DNA of 64,000 nt, from positions 545,437-609,436 of the forward strand of contig CAKMWN010000002.1 of assembly GCA_928722055.1 (NCBI GenBank), given 5' to 3'. This DNA is from an uncultured Collinsella sp. (lineage in GTDB: Bacteria > Actinomycetota > Coriobacteriia > Coriobacteriales > Coriobacteriaceae). The position numbers and the translations under genes are program-made. Under the pieces are notes generated by a model. That model ran no database searches, was not told the origin of the DNA, and worked only from the letters and a program-made list of their open reading frames with translations. Positions 41,753 through 51,993 of this stretch are shown here, in pieces; position 1 is the stretch's first letter, and every line of letters starts with the position of its first letter.

Positions 41753-44632
41753 ATGTCTGATTCTTCTATCGTTATTCGCGGCGCTCGTGAGCACAACCTC
41801 CGTGATATCGATGTTTCCATTCCGCGTGACCAACTCGTGGTCATTACCGGTCTTTCTGGCTCGGGCAAGAGCTCGCTGGCATTTGACACTATCTATGCCG
41901 AGGGCCAGCGTCGATACGTCGAGAGCCTTTCGAGCTATGCGCGCCAGTTCTTGGGCCAGATGGACAAACCCGACTTGGATTCAATCGACGGCCTTTCGCC
42001 GGCGGTGTCGATCGACCAAAAGACGACGTCTAAAAACCCTCGCTCGACGGTTGGCACCGTAACCGAGATTTATGACTATCTGCGCCTGCTGTTCGCCCGT
42101 GTGGGCACCCCGCACTGTCCCGAATGCGGCCGCGTCATTGAGCGCCAGACGACCGACCAGGTTGCCGACAAGGTCTTGGCGGCGGGGGAGGGCCGCCGCG
42201 CGTTTGTGCTGGCACCGGTGGTGCGCGGGCGAAAAGGCGAGTTCACCAAACTGTTTGAGGACCTTCGTGCCGAGGGCTTTAGCCGCGTGCGTGTCGACGG
42301 TGAAGTGCGCTCGCTCGACGATCCGATCGATCTGGACAAGAAGTTCAAGCACGATATCGAGGTCGTGGTCGATCGCATCGTGATCCGTGAGAACTCTCTG
42401 GGCCGTATCGCCGAGTCTGTTGAGCAGGCGACCGCGCTGGCTCACGGCAATGTAAACGTGTACATGCTGCCCAATCGTGATGCTCCCGAGGGGACCGAGG
42501 GCGAGCTGCTGGAGTATTCGTTGGCCTTGGCGTGCCCGGAGCATGGTCACTCCATTGACGATCTTCAGCCGCGTGATTTTTCGTTCAACGCTCCCTATGG
42601 CGCATGTCCTGAGTGCGACGGCCTGGGCTTTAAGAAAACCGTTGATGCCGAGGCGCTGATCGAGGACCCCTCGAAGTCCATTGCCGACGGAGTCTTTGGT
42701 AGCCTGTTTGGCAATTCGAACTACTATCCGCAGATTTTTGCTGCGGTCTGCAAACACTTTAAGGTGAGCACCGATACGCCGTGGGAGGACTTGCCCCCTC
42801 GCGTGCGTCGTGCATTCTTGGATGGCCTGGGCGATACGAAGATCTCGGTCGACTACCAAAAGCTCGACGGACGTCGCAGCCAGTGGGATACCAAGTTTTC
42901 GGGCGTTCGCAACATCCTGTACGAACGCTATACCGAGACGACGAACGAGAACACCAAGGCGCGCTTGGAGAAGTACATTCGCGAGGAACCGTGCTCGAGC
43001 TGCCACGGCGCTCGTTTGCGCCCTGAGATGCTCGCCGTCACCGTGGGCGGCAAGTCCATTTACGAGGTTTGTTGCCTGTCGTGCCGTGAGTCGCTCGAGT
43101 TTTTTGAGGGCCTGGAGCTCACCGAGCGCCAACAGTTTATCGGCGGGCGCATCGTCAAGGAAATCCTGGAGCGCTTGCGTTTTCTGGTCGATGTTGGACT
43201 CGACTATCTGACGCTCGATCGTGCCTCGGCGACGCTTTCCGGTGGCGAGGCGCAGCGTATTCGCCTGGCAACGCAGATCGGCGCGGGTCTCATGGGCGTG
43301 CTCTATATTCTGGACGAGCCCTCGATCGGTCTTCATCAGCGTGACAACGAGCGCTTGATTAAGACGCTCGAGCGCCTGCGCGATATCGGCAATACCGTTA
43401 TCGTCGTCGAACACGACGAGGATACAATCCGTGCCGCCGATTACGTGATCGACATGGGGCCCGGCGCCGGCGTCAACGGCGGACACGTAGTCGCGGCGGG
43501 AACGCCTGCCGATATCATGGCGTGTCCTGAGTCGATGACGGGCGCTTATCTGACCGGCAAACGAATGATCCGGGTGCCTGATGAACGGCGCAAGCCCGGT
43601 CGCGGCTGCCTTAAAATTACGGGCGCTCGAGCCAACAACCTCAAAAACGTTACTGCCAAGATCGAGTTTGGTACGCTTACGGTTGTTACCGGCGTGTCGG
43701 GATCGGGCAAGAGCTCCCTGGTTACCGATACCATTGCGCCTGCCCTTACGAATGCCATTCACCGTTCGACGCGCCCTGTGGGTCCATATAAGAAAATCGA
43801 GGGCATCGAGTGTATCGATAAGGTTATCGATATTGACCAGTCGCCGATTGGCCGCACGCCGCGTTCCAACCCTGCTACCTATATCGGCCTGTGGGATGAT
43901 CTTCGCGCGCTGTTTGCGAGTACGCCGGAGTCGAAGGCGCGCGGCTACTCGCCGGGTCGTTTCTCCTTTAATGTGAGTGGCGGGCGCTGTGAAGCGTGCA
44001 AGGGCGACGGACAGATCAAGATCGAGATGCACTTCCTTCCCGATATCTACGTTCCCTGCGAAGTTTGCGGCGGTAAACGCTACAACCGCGAGACACTCGA
44101 GGTCACCTACCGTGGCAAGACCATCTCGGACGTACTTGACATGAGCGTGGCCGAGGCACTGGCTTTCTTTGGGAATATCCCGCAGATTAAGCGCAAGCTT
44201 CAGACGCTGTACGATGTAGGCTTGGGCTACGTGAGCCTGGGCCAGCCCGCCACGACGCTTTCGGGTGGCGAGGCGCAGCGTGTGAAACTCGCCAAGGAGC
44301 TTCATCGACGCCAGACGGGCAAGACGTTCTATATTTTGGACGAGCCGACGACCGGCCTTCATTTTGAGGACGTCCGCCAGCTGCTCGATGTGCTGCAGCG
44401 CTTGGTCGATGCGGGCAACACGGTGCTGGTGATTGAACACAACCTTGATGTCATCAAGGTTGCCGATCGTCTGATCGATATGGGTCCCGAGGGCGGTAAC
44501 GGCGGCGGAACCGTTGTGGTTTCGGGCACACCGGAGCAGGTTGCGGACTGTCCGCAGAGTTATACGGGCAAGTTTTTGGCGCCGTTGCTCAGGCGTGACC
44601 GGGAGCGTCAGGCTCAACTTGATGCTCAATAA
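41753..44632 (+). CDS. uvrA: Excinuclease ABC subunit A
   Basis: Start [55 protein letters not shown] after GGAGG...AAGGAG. Two ABC modules and zinc-finger Cys motifs. Confidence 0.97.
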   Translation: MSDSSIVIRGAREHNLRDIDVSIPRDQLVVITGLSGSGKSSLAFDTIYAEGQRRYVESLSSYARQFLGQMDKPDLDSIDGLSPAVSIDQKTTSKNPRSTVGTVTEIYDYLRLLFARVGTPHCPECGRVIERQTTDQVADKVLAAGEGRRAFVLAPVVRGRKGEFTKLFEDLRAEGFSRVRVDGEVRSLDDPIDLDKKFKHDIEVVVDRIVIRENSLGRIAESVEQATALAHGNVNVYMLPNRDAPEGTEGELLEYSLALACPEHGHSIDDLQPRDFSFNAPYGACPECDGLGFKKTVDAEALIEDPSKSIADGVFGSLFGNSNYYPQIFAAVCKHFKVSTDTPWEDLPPRVRRAFLDGLGDTKISVDYQKLDGRRSQWDTKFSGVRNILYERYTETTNENTKARLEKYIREEPCSSCHGARLRPEMLAVTVGGKSIYEVCCLSCRESLEFFEGLELTERQQFIGGRIVKEILERLRFLVDVGLDYLTLDRASATLSGGEAQRIRLATQIGAGLMGVLYILDEPSIGLHQRDNERLIKTLERLRDIGNTVIVVEHDEDTIRAADYVIDMGPGAGVNGGHVVAAGTPADIMACPESMTGAYLTGKRMIRVPDERRKPGRGCLKITGARANNLKNVTAKIEFGTLTVVTGVSGSGKSSLVTDTIAPALTNAIHRSTRPVGPYKKIEGIECIDKVIDIDQSPIGRTPRSNPATYIGLWDDLRALFASTPESKARGYSPGRFSFNVSGGRCEACKGDGQIKIEMHFLPDIYVPCEVCGGKRYNRETLEVTYRGKTISDVLDMSVAEALAFFGNIPQIKRKLQTLYDVGLGYVSLGQPATTLSGGEAQRVKLAKELHRRQTGKTFYILDEPTTGLHFEDVRQLLDVLQRLVDAGNTVLVIEHNLDVIKVADRLIDMGPEGGNGGGTVVVSGTPEQVADCPQSYTGKFLAPLLRRDRERQAQLDAQ

Positions 44633-44764
44633 ATAGGCGATTCAGTTTATGGGCGCCATCGACTCCTTGTGATTCGATGGCGCTTGCTGTGTTGAAGTGA
44701 CGTATGCAGCCGAATTGGACATATACTTAATCTTTACGTCCGAATGCGAGGGAAAGGATATGTC

Positions 44765-45265
44765 ATGGCAAAGGCTGTAAAGACGCCAAAAACCAATGCG
44801 ATGCGCGAGCTGGAAAGCGCCGGCATTTCCTATGTTCTACATACGTACGAAGACGATGGTGATGAGTCGGTGGGCCTGGGGGTCGCGATTTCGGAGCAGC
44901 TTGGCGAGGAGCCCGGTCAAGGATTTAAGACTTTGGTCTGCGTGACACCGTCCAACGACTATGTCGTGTGCTGCATCCCTGTTGCCGACGAGCTCGATCT
45001 AAAGTCCGCCGCGCGTGCCGCGGGGGAGAAGTCCTTGGCCATGATGCATGTGAAGGATTTGCTTGCGGCGACTGGCTACGTTCGCGGCGGCTGCAGCCCG
45101 GTCGGTATGAAAAAACGCTACCGGACGCTCATTGATGAGACGTGCGTCATTTGGGATACCATTTTTATTTCGGGAGGCAAGCGTGGTTATCAGCTCGAGC
45201 TTGCACCCGATGATTTAATTGCATTTTGCGGGGCGACGGTTGCCGCGATTACGAGAGAGGACTGA
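44765..45265 (+). CDS. ybaK: Cys-tRNA(Pro)/Cys-tRNA(Cys) deacylase, YbaK/EbsC family
   Basis: 166 aa, MAKAVKTPKTNAMRELE...FKTLV...GYVRGGCSPVGMKK. Confidence 0.8.
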   Translation: MAKAVKTPKTNAMRELESAGISYVLHTYEDDGDESVGLGVAISEQLGEEPGQGFKTLVCVTPSNDYVVCCIPVADELDLKSAARAAGEKSLAMMHVKDLLAATGYVRGGCSPVGMKKRYRTLIDETCVIWDTIFISGGKRGYQLELAPDDLIAFCGATVAAITRED

Positions 45266-45268
45266 GCG

Positions 45269-46951
45269 ATGCCGCAGGAAGAATTGAAGCGCGGAGCTCA
45301 TTTTGCAAAAGAATCTGCGCCTCAGACACCCTCATCCGAAGCTTCTTCGTCGCGAGATGACACTGACGACATGGGCTCGTCGGACTACTCCACGGTTGGT
45401 CGTTCTGCCGGGCTTATGACCATCCTGACTATCGTGTCTCGCGTCACCGGTTTTATCCGCACGTGGGCAATGGCGGCCGCTATCGGCATGTCGCTGCTCT
45501 CGTCCTCCTATCAGGTCGCCAACAACCTGCCCAATATGCTCTACGAACTCGTGATGGGCGGCATGCTCGTGACGGCGTTTTTGCCCGTGTACATGGGCGT
45601 GAGGCGTGAGCAGGGTCGCGAGGCCTCGAACGAGTACGTGGGCAACCTGCTCGGCATTCTGCTTTTAGTGCTGGGTGGCATTTCGTTGCTGGGGACCGTG
45701 TTCGCCCCGGGCTTTATCTGGACGCAATCGTTCCTTTCGGGTGACGGTGGCAGCATGGATACCGCTGCGTTCATGTTCCGTTTCTTTGCCATCCAGATTC
45801 TGTTTTATGGTTTGGGCTCGGTGTTCTCGGGCGTTCTCAACGCACACCGCGACTACTTCTGGTCGACGTTTGCCCCGGTCCTCAACAATGTGATCGTCAT
45901 TGCGAGCTTTATGGGTTTTGCGCCCGTGTCCGCACAGTTTGGCGAACGTGCCGGCATCATCTTGATTGCGGCCGGTACGACCCTCGGTGTCTTTGTTCAG
46001 ATGGCATGTCAGATTCCCGCGCTTGGCAAGCACGGCGTGCATCCCCATATCCATATCGACTTTAAGGACCCCGCGCTGCGCCAGACGATTGCGCTCGGTA
46101 TCCCGACGCTGCTCGCCACGGTGTGCATGTTTGTCTCGACTTCTATCACCAACGCTGCCGCGCTGGTGGTCCAGCCCGAGACGGGTCCTTCCGTCATCGC
46201 CTATGCGCGCCTGTGGTACACGCTGCCCTACGCGCTGATTGCCGCCTCGCTTTCGACGGCGCTCTATACCGAGCTCTCTCATGACGCACAGGAGAAGGAT
46301 TACGACAGCGTTCGCACGGGCATTTCGCGTGGCGTCGCCCAGATGCTGTTCTTCCTGATTCCGTTCGCACTGTACCTGATTGTCTTCGCACGTCCGCTCA
46401 ATATGATCTACTGTGCTGGCAAGTTCGATGAATCCGGCGTGGCTCTGGTGTCCGAGTACCTTGTCTACCTGGCGCTCTCGCTGCCGCTCTACGGCGTGGT
46501 CGTGTTGATGCAGAAGAGCTTCTCTGCCTTGCTCGACATGAAGCCCTATAGCCGCTATTGCCTGTATTCCGCCATCGGCCAGGCCGGCTCGGTTCTGCTG
46601 TTTGGCGTTGTGCTGGGCTTCGGTATGCCGGCAATCGCGCTTTCGTATGTCGTCGACTACGTGATCTTGGTCGGCTGTTCGCTGTGGTGGCTGCGTCGTC
46701 GCCTGCGTGGCCTTCAGGTCAAATCTATCCTACATGGCGGTTTCTTTGGCCTTTTGCTCGGTGGCCTAGGTGCTGCCGCAGGCGCCGGCGTCATGTGGGC
46801 GCTTGAACACTTTGTCGGGGCACTTGGCGGCTCGATTCTGATTACTCTTGGCTACGTTTGCGTTGCGGGTGTCGCCTCGCTTGTTGTTACCTTTGGCCTT
46901 GCCGTCGTCCTTAAGATGCCCGAGGTCTCGGCGCTGCTTCGTCGCAAGTAG
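45269..46951 (+). CDS. murJ: Lipid II flippase MurJ (MviN family)
   Basis: 560-aa polytopic protein. SRVTGFIRTWAMAAAIG...ANNLPNMLYELVMGG is typical of MurJ. Confidence 0.85.
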   Translation: MPQEELKRGAHFAKESAPQTPSSEASSSRDDTDDMGSSDYSTVGRSAGLMTILTIVSRVTGFIRTWAMAAAIGMSLLSSSYQVANNLPNMLYELVMGGMLVTAFLPVYMGVRREQGREASNEYVGNLLGILLLVLGGISLLGTVFAPGFIWTQSFLSGDGGSMDTAAFMFRFFAIQILFYGLGSVFSGVLNAHRDYFWSTFAPVLNNVIVIASFMGFAPVSAQFGERAGIILIAAGTTLGVFVQMACQIPALGKHGVHPHIHIDFKDPALRQTIALGIPTLLATVCMFVSTSITNAAALVVQPETGPSVIAYARLWYTLPYALIAASLSTALYTELSHDAQEKDYDSVRTGISRGVAQMLFFLIPFALYLIVFARPLNMIYCAGKFDESGVALVSEYLVYLALSLPLYGVVVLMQKSFSALLDMKPYSRYCLYSAIGQAGSVLLFGVVLGFGMPAIALSYVVDYVILVGCSLWWLRRRLRGLQVKSILHGGFFGLLLGGLGAAAGAGVMWALEHFVGALGGSILITLGYVCVAGVASLVVTFGLAVVLKMPEVSALLRRK

Positions 46952-48898
46952 GTGCGCGTGGCCGGTCACGACAACATACCAACGCTTGCCGAGCAGGTTT
47001 CGCGCGTTCCCACACAGCCCGGATGCTACCTTTGGAAGGATGCCAAGGGCGATGTCATCTACGTGGGCAAGGCGAAAAACCTGCGCGCCCGCATGCGTCA
47101 ATACGTGACACTGCAGGATGAGCGTCAAAAGATCCCGCTGATGATGCAGCTGGTGGCGAGCTTTGACTACATCGTTGTCGAAACCGAGCATGAGGCGCTT
47201 GTACTCGAGCGCAACCTGATCGGCCAGTACCATCCGTACTTTAACGTCGACCTCAAGGATGACAAGAGCTACCCCTTTATCGCCATTACAAAGGGCGACC
47301 TGTATCCCGCGATCAAATACACGCGTGAGCGTCATAAGCCGGGAACGCGCTATTTTGGACCCTATACCGATAGCCGTGCGGCACGTGAGACGATAGATAC
47401 GCTGCGCAAGGTTATCCCCATCTGCTCTGCATCCTGTGCGGAGTGGCGTCGTTGTCGCCGTACCATCGAGTCCCACAAGGGCGAGGAAGACATCGTCAAT
47501 ATGATTTGCGCACAAAACGGGCGTCCCTGCTTTGACTACCATGTCGGGCGCGGCCCGGGTGCGTGTGTCGGCGCGATTTCCCCGGCAGACTATGCCAAGA
47601 ACGTCAAGCGTGTCGAGCGCTTTTTGTCGGGCCATCGCAAGGATGTCGTCGATGAGCTGACCTCCGAGATGACGGATGCCGCCGAGGCGCTCGACTTTGA
47701 GCGCGCGGCACGCGTCAAACGTCGTTTGGAGGTCATCAGGGGTCTGGACGATCGTCAGCAAGTCGTTTTTCCCTCCAGTGTCGATATCGATGTCATCGGG
47801 TTCTATCGCGAGGAGACCATCTCCGCCGCTTGCGTCTTCGTCGTTCGCGAGGGCCGAACAGTTCGCACCTGCGAGTTCATTCTCGACAAGGGTCTTGATG
47901 TTGACGAGGAAGAGCTCCAGTCGGGCTTTCTTAAGCGCTATTACGACGAGACGGCTGATATTCCAGCTGAGGTCAACCTTTCCGTCGAGCTTGAGGATGC
48001 GGAGGCGCTGGGGGAGTGGCTTGCGGGCAAGCGTGAGCGTTCCTGCCATCTCCATAGGCCGCAGCGTGGCGAAAAGCACCGTCTGCTCGATATGGCATCC
48101 AAAAATGCGCGCCATGCCCTCATGCGCTACATGATGCGAACGGGGTACGCTGACGACCGCACCAATCAAGCGCTCCTGGAGCTCGAAAGTGCGTTGGCGC
48201 TGCCATCGCCGCCGTTGCGTATCGAGTGCTTCGATATCTCTACACTGCATGGCACCTTTACGGTCGCCTCGATGGTGGTGTTTACCAACGGGCGCGCCGA
48301 CAAGAGCCAGTACCGTCGTTTTAAAATTCAGGCCGAATTGGACGAGGCAAACGACTTCGTGTCGATGTCCGAGGTTTTGGGACGACGCTATGCTCCCGAG
48401 CGCATGGCCGACGAGCGCTTTGGCTCGCGCCCCGATTTGCTCGTTGTCGATGGCGGTAAGCCGCAATTGACCGCTGCGATCAAGCAACTTGAGGCTCTTG
48501 GGCTCGATATACCAGTTTGTGGCTTGGCGAAGGCCGACGAGGAAGTTTTTGTGCCTTGGGACGAGACTCCTGTCGTGCTGCCGACCGGGTCTGCTTCGCT
48601 CTATCTAATTAAACAGGTACGCGATGAGTCCCACCGATTTGCCATCACGTTCCACCGTGAGTTGCGCGATAAAGCCATGACGGTTTCGGTACTCGATGAC
48701 GTTCCAGGCGTGGGACCCACCAGAAAACGTGCCCTTATGCGCCATTTTGGCTCGATGAAGCGTTTGCGCGCGGCGAGCGAGCAAGAGATCGCGGAAGTTC
48801 GCGGCATACCTGCCGATGTTGCCAAGGCGGTCCACGAGGCGCTCGTTGCATGGAATGCCGAGCGCGCCGAGGCGGCGGCTGGCCATTCCGATAGCTAA
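46952..48898 (+). CDS. uvrC: Excinuclease ABC subunit C
   Basis: GIY-YIG (PGCYLWKDAKGDVIYVGKAKNLRARMRQY), a UVR domain (DFERAARVKRRL), and a C-terminal endonuclease domain with HhH. GTG start directly after the murJ stop. Confidence 0.95.
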   Translation: MRVAGHDNIPTLAEQVSRVPTQPGCYLWKDAKGDVIYVGKAKNLRARMRQYVTLQDERQKIPLMMQLVASFDYIVVETEHEALVLERNLIGQYHPYFNVDLKDDKSYPFIAITKGDLYPAIKYTRERHKPGTRYFGPYTDSRAARETIDTLRKVIPICSASCAEWRRCRRTIESHKGEEDIVNMICAQNGRPCFDYHVGRGPGACVGAISPADYAKNVKRVERFLSGHRKDVVDELTSEMTDAAEALDFERAARVKRRLEVIRGLDDRQQVVFPSSVDIDVIGFYREETISAACVFVVREGRTVRTCEFILDKGLDVDEEELQSGFLKRYYDETADIPAEVNLSVELEDAEALGEWLAGKRERSCHLHRPQRGEKHRLLDMASKNARHALMRYMMRTGYADDRTNQALLELESALALPSPPLRIECFDISTLHGTFTVASMVVFTNGRADKSQYRRFKIQAELDEANDFVSMSEVLGRRYAPERMADERFGSRPDLLVVDGGKPQLTAAIKQLEALGLDIPVCGLAKADEEVFVPWDETPVVLPTGSASLYLIKQVRDESHRFAITFHRELRDKAMTVSVLDDVPGVGPTRKRALMRHFGSMKRLRAASEQEIAEVRGIPADVAKAVHEALVAWNAERAEAAAGHSDS

Positions 48899-49087
48899 AC
48901 ACGAGCCTAAACAACTGATATACATGATTGCACGATTTTCAACCATTTATTTCGCCATGATTGCCTGCTGGTTTCGGGTTTTATTAACGCTAAAACGTTT
49001 GACTAACCCAAGCGAAAACCCTGCTATCCTGCGGGTTGACGAAGACTGATATCTCACCTCGCCGATACATACTGTCTGGCGAATCAT

Positions 49088-49126
49088 TTGTCAATGAATT
49101 CGGTGAACGGTAGTAAATACCGTTCA
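49088..49126 (+). promoter_or_regulatory. Candidate nan-locus promoter with an overlapping perfect palindrome
   Basis: TTGTCA (49088-49093), 17 nt, TAGTAA (49111-49116). The palindrome TGAACGGTA-gtaaa-TACCGTTCA (49104-49126) covers the -10. Confidence 0.4.
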
Positions 49127-49262
49127 AGCGTATGTATGTATCGGTCGCCGAGCGCGGCACCTCAGTTGGGTTCGTCGGTAGGTAAGGTATATATCGTCCG
49201 CAAGTTGCGCGGGGGCACGTCTAGGTGCTCCCGAGTAAGATTCTCTATTGATAGGAGAAGAC

Positions 49263-50876
49263 ATGGCCATCATCAACAAGGGTATGTCCAGGCGTTCGTT
49301 CCTCGGCCTCACCGGCAGCGTCGCTGCTGTCGCCGGCCTTGGTCTCACTGGCTGCGGTGGCAGCTCTAGCGACGAGGGTTCCGCTTCCGGCTCCACCGAT
49401 TCCGCCAACCGTGGCGGCGGCGTGATCACCGCTGGTTCCGCTTACGCTCCGTCCAGCTTCGATCCCGCCAGCACCGGCTCCGCTGTGGGCCTGGGTGCTA
49501 ACTGGCACGTCGTCGAGGGCCTCTACGGCATCGATTACCACGACTACAGCACCTTCAACGAGCTCGCCACCGACGATCCCAAGTCTGTGGACGACACCAC
49601 TTTCGAGGTCACCATCCGCAAGGGCGCCAAGTTCTCCGATGGCACCGAGGTCACCGCTGACGATGTCGTTGCCTCCTACACCGCTTGCGCCGCTTCCGCT
49701 ACCTATGCTCCGTTCTTCCAGCCCTTCGAGTCCATCGAGGCCAAGGACGCCAGCACCGTGACGGTCAAGACTAAGGTCCCCAACTTCTCCCTGCTCAAGG
49801 ATCGTCTGGCCATCGTCCGCGTTACCCCGGCCACCCAGACCGAGGAGGATCGCGCCAAGCAGCCGATCGGTTCCGGCCCCTGGATGTACGACTCTATCTC
49901 CGATACCGAGATCACCTTGGTTCCCAACCCCGAGTACAACGGTGAGTATGCTGCCGAGGATAAGAAGATCCAGTACAGCATCCTGACCGACCCCACCGCT
50001 CGCGTTACCGCTCAGCAGGAGGGCTCCACGCTCGTTATGGAGCTCGTTACCGCTGACGCCGTCGACCAGCTCGAGAGCGCCGGCTGCAAGATCGATAACG
50101 TTCAGGGTTTCGGCACCCGCTTCATCATGTTCAACGTCGCCAAGGAGCCTTGGAACAACGTCAAGGTCCGTCAGGCTGTCATGTATGCGCTCGACACCGA
50201 GAAGATGGTCAGCAACACCTTCGCCGGCCTTGCCACCGCTGCCAGCTGCTACCTGCCCAAGAGCTTCACCAACTATCATGAGGCTTCCACGGTGTACAAG
50301 ACCGACGCCAAGAAGGCTAAGAAGCTCATCGAGGAGTCTGGTATCACCCCGGGTGCCATCACCCTGCGCACCACCGACAACGAGCAGATTAAGGGCATGG
50401 CCGCCCAGGTCAAGAACGACCTCGATGCTCTCGGCTTCGATGTGACCATCCAGACCGATACCTCGCCGGCTACCTACGCTGCCATCGACGGCGGCGAGGC
50501 CTACGATATCCTTCTTGCCCCTGGCGATCCTTCCTGCTTCGGCGCCGACCCCGACCTGCTGCTCAACTGGTGGTACGGCGACAACGTCTGGATGCAGACC
50601 CGTTGCCCGTGGAAGGAGTCCGCTGAGTGGCAGAAGCTCCACGGTCTCATGGACGAGGCTCTTGCCGCTGAGGGCGACGAGCAGCAGAAGAAGTGGAACG
50701 AGTGCTTCGACATCATTGCCGACAACGCCGTTCTGTACCCTGTTGTTCACGTCAAGACCGTCTCCGCTTTCTGGGACGATCCGTCTACTGCGCCCAACGG
50801 CGAGGCCCTCGATGGCTTCAAGGGCATCGGCACGACGAGCATGTCCTTCAGGGGCGTTGCGACCGTCAAGGCGTAA
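49263..50876 (+). CDS. ABC transporter substrate-binding lipoprotein, family 5 (peptide/nickel type); probable sialic-acid binding by context
   Basis: MAIINKGMSRRSFLGLTG...LTGCGG (Tat-like signal plus lipobox). Family-5 SBP size and motifs. First gene of the nan locus. Confidence 0.8.
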   Translation: MAIINKGMSRRSFLGLTGSVAAVAGLGLTGCGGSSSDEGSASGSTDSANRGGGVITAGSAYAPSSFDPASTGSAVGLGANWHVVEGLYGIDYHDYSTFNELATDDPKSVDDTTFEVTIRKGAKFSDGTEVTADDVVASYTACAASATYAPFFQPFESIEAKDASTVTVKTKVPNFSLLKDRLAIVRVTPATQTEEDRAKQPIGSGPWMYDSISDTEITLVPNPEYNGEYAAEDKKIQYSILTDPTARVTAQQEGSTLVMELVTADAVDQLESAGCKIDNVQGFGTRFIMFNVAKEPWNNVKVRQAVMYALDTEKMVSNTFAGLATAASCYLPKSFTNYHEASTVYKTDAKKAKKLIEESGITPGAITLRTTDNEQIKGMAAQVKNDLDALGFDVTIQTDTSPATYAAIDGGEAYDILLAPGDPSCFGADPDLLLNWWYGDNVWMQTRCPWKESAEWQKLHGLMDEALAAEGDEQQKKWNECFDIIADNAVLYPVVHVKTVSAFWDDPSTAPNGEALDGFKGIGTTSMSFRGVATVKA

Positions 50877-50947
50877 GACTCGCTTGAGTCTGTATGCAGG
50901 ATGTCGGCCGTTGGGACCGTATCCTCATAGTTGAAACAAAGACCCGG

Positions 50948-50981
50948 GCGGCAACGATGTCGCTCGGGTCTTGTAATGAGT
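50948..50981 (+). promoter_or_regulatory. Intercistronic hairpin after the binding-protein gene
   Basis: aagacccgggc...gctcgggtctt stem between the SBP gene and the permease gene. Confidence 0.35.
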
Positions 50982-51033
50982 ATCCGTACTCATATACCAG
51001 TTGGTCCTACCGACAAAAGAAAGGGGAGAGAAC

Positions 51034-51990
51034 GTGAACAACTTGCTACGTTTGATTGGAAGGCGTCTTGTGGCGCTGCCGATCATGGCATTGGGCGTCA
51101 CCGTCCTGGTGTTCTTCCTTATGTCGTTCTCCAAGACCGACCCCGCCTACACGGCGTTGGGTGACGGTGCCTCGCCCGAGGCGGTTGCCGAGTACCATGA
51201 GAAGTATGGTCTGGACGACCCCTGGCCCGTGCGCTACGTGCGCTATATGGGCGATCTGATCCATGGCGACATGGGCACCTATGGTGCTGCTCGCAACTCC
51301 GTTGCCAAGCGCATCTCCACGGCCCTGCCCGTCACGATGCAGCTGACCTTTATCGGTCTTGCTATCGGTGCGGTCGTTTCGTTTTTGCTCGGCGTCATCG
51401 CGGCACTGTATCGCGACAAATGGCCGGACCAAGTGATCCGCGTCTTTTCCATCGCCGGCTTGGCAACCCCGTCGTTCTGGCTTGCCGTTCTGTTGATCCT
51501 GCTGTTCTCTTCCTATCTTAAGGTGCTCCCGGCATCGGGTGCTCTGCCTCACTTCACCACGAATCCGGTTGGCTATCTGGGACGTATGATCATGCCCGCT
51601 ATCGCCTTGGCATTTCCGCTGACGGGCCAGATGACTCGTATCGTGCGTACCGCCATGGTCGAGGAGCTCGACAAGGATTATGTCCGTATGGCTCGCGGCG
51701 CCGGCGTTCCCGAGAAGGTCGTCGTCGGCATCAACGTTCTTCGCAATGCGCTGATCACCCCGGTCACCACCCTCGGTCTTAAGATCGGTTACCTCATGGG
51801 CGGCGCCGTCGTCATCGAGGTTATCTTCAACCTCCCCGGCATGGGCACCGCGATTCTGCAGGGCGTTCAGGGCAACGAGGCGAACCTGGTTCAGGGCGTC
51901 GTCATCGTCGTTGCTCTTGCCTTCATCATCATCAACATCGTGGTTGACATGCTCTACCTGCTCATCAACCCGCGCATCAGGACGGTGTAG
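51034..51990 (+). CDS. ABC transporter permease (DppB/OppB type)
   Basis: GTG start after AAAGGGGAGAG. N-terminus NNLLRLIGRRLVALPIMALGVTVLVFFL, typical of DppB-type permeases. Confidence 0.85.
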   Translation: MNNLLRLIGRRLVALPIMALGVTVLVFFLMSFSKTDPAYTALGDGASPEAVAEYHEKYGLDDPWPVRYVRYMGDLIHGDMGTYGAARNSVAKRISTALPVTMQLTFIGLAIGAVVSFLLGVIAALYRDKWPDQVIRVFSIAGLATPSFWLAVLLILLFSSYLKVLPASGALPHFTTNPVGYLGRMIMPAIALAFPLTGQMTRIVRTAMVEELDKDYVRMARGAGVPEKVVVGINVLRNALITPVTTLGLKIGYLMGGAVVIEVIFNLPGMGTAILQGVQGNEANLVQGVVIVVALAFIIINIVVDMLYLLINPRIRTV

Positions 51991-51993
51991 ATT

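Noticed and set aside
41981-44629. 882-aa minus-strand ORF inside uvrA, plus similar long antisense ORFs at 46766-48487, 15826-17016, 18206-19375, 2592-3812, 49245-50750, 61728-62939 and 33119-34123
   Set aside because: Each is antisense to an unmistakable housekeeping gene (uvrA, uvrC, recJ, relA, hom, the SBP gene, gap, uvrB). All have low-complexity, Arg/Gly/Asp-rich translations.
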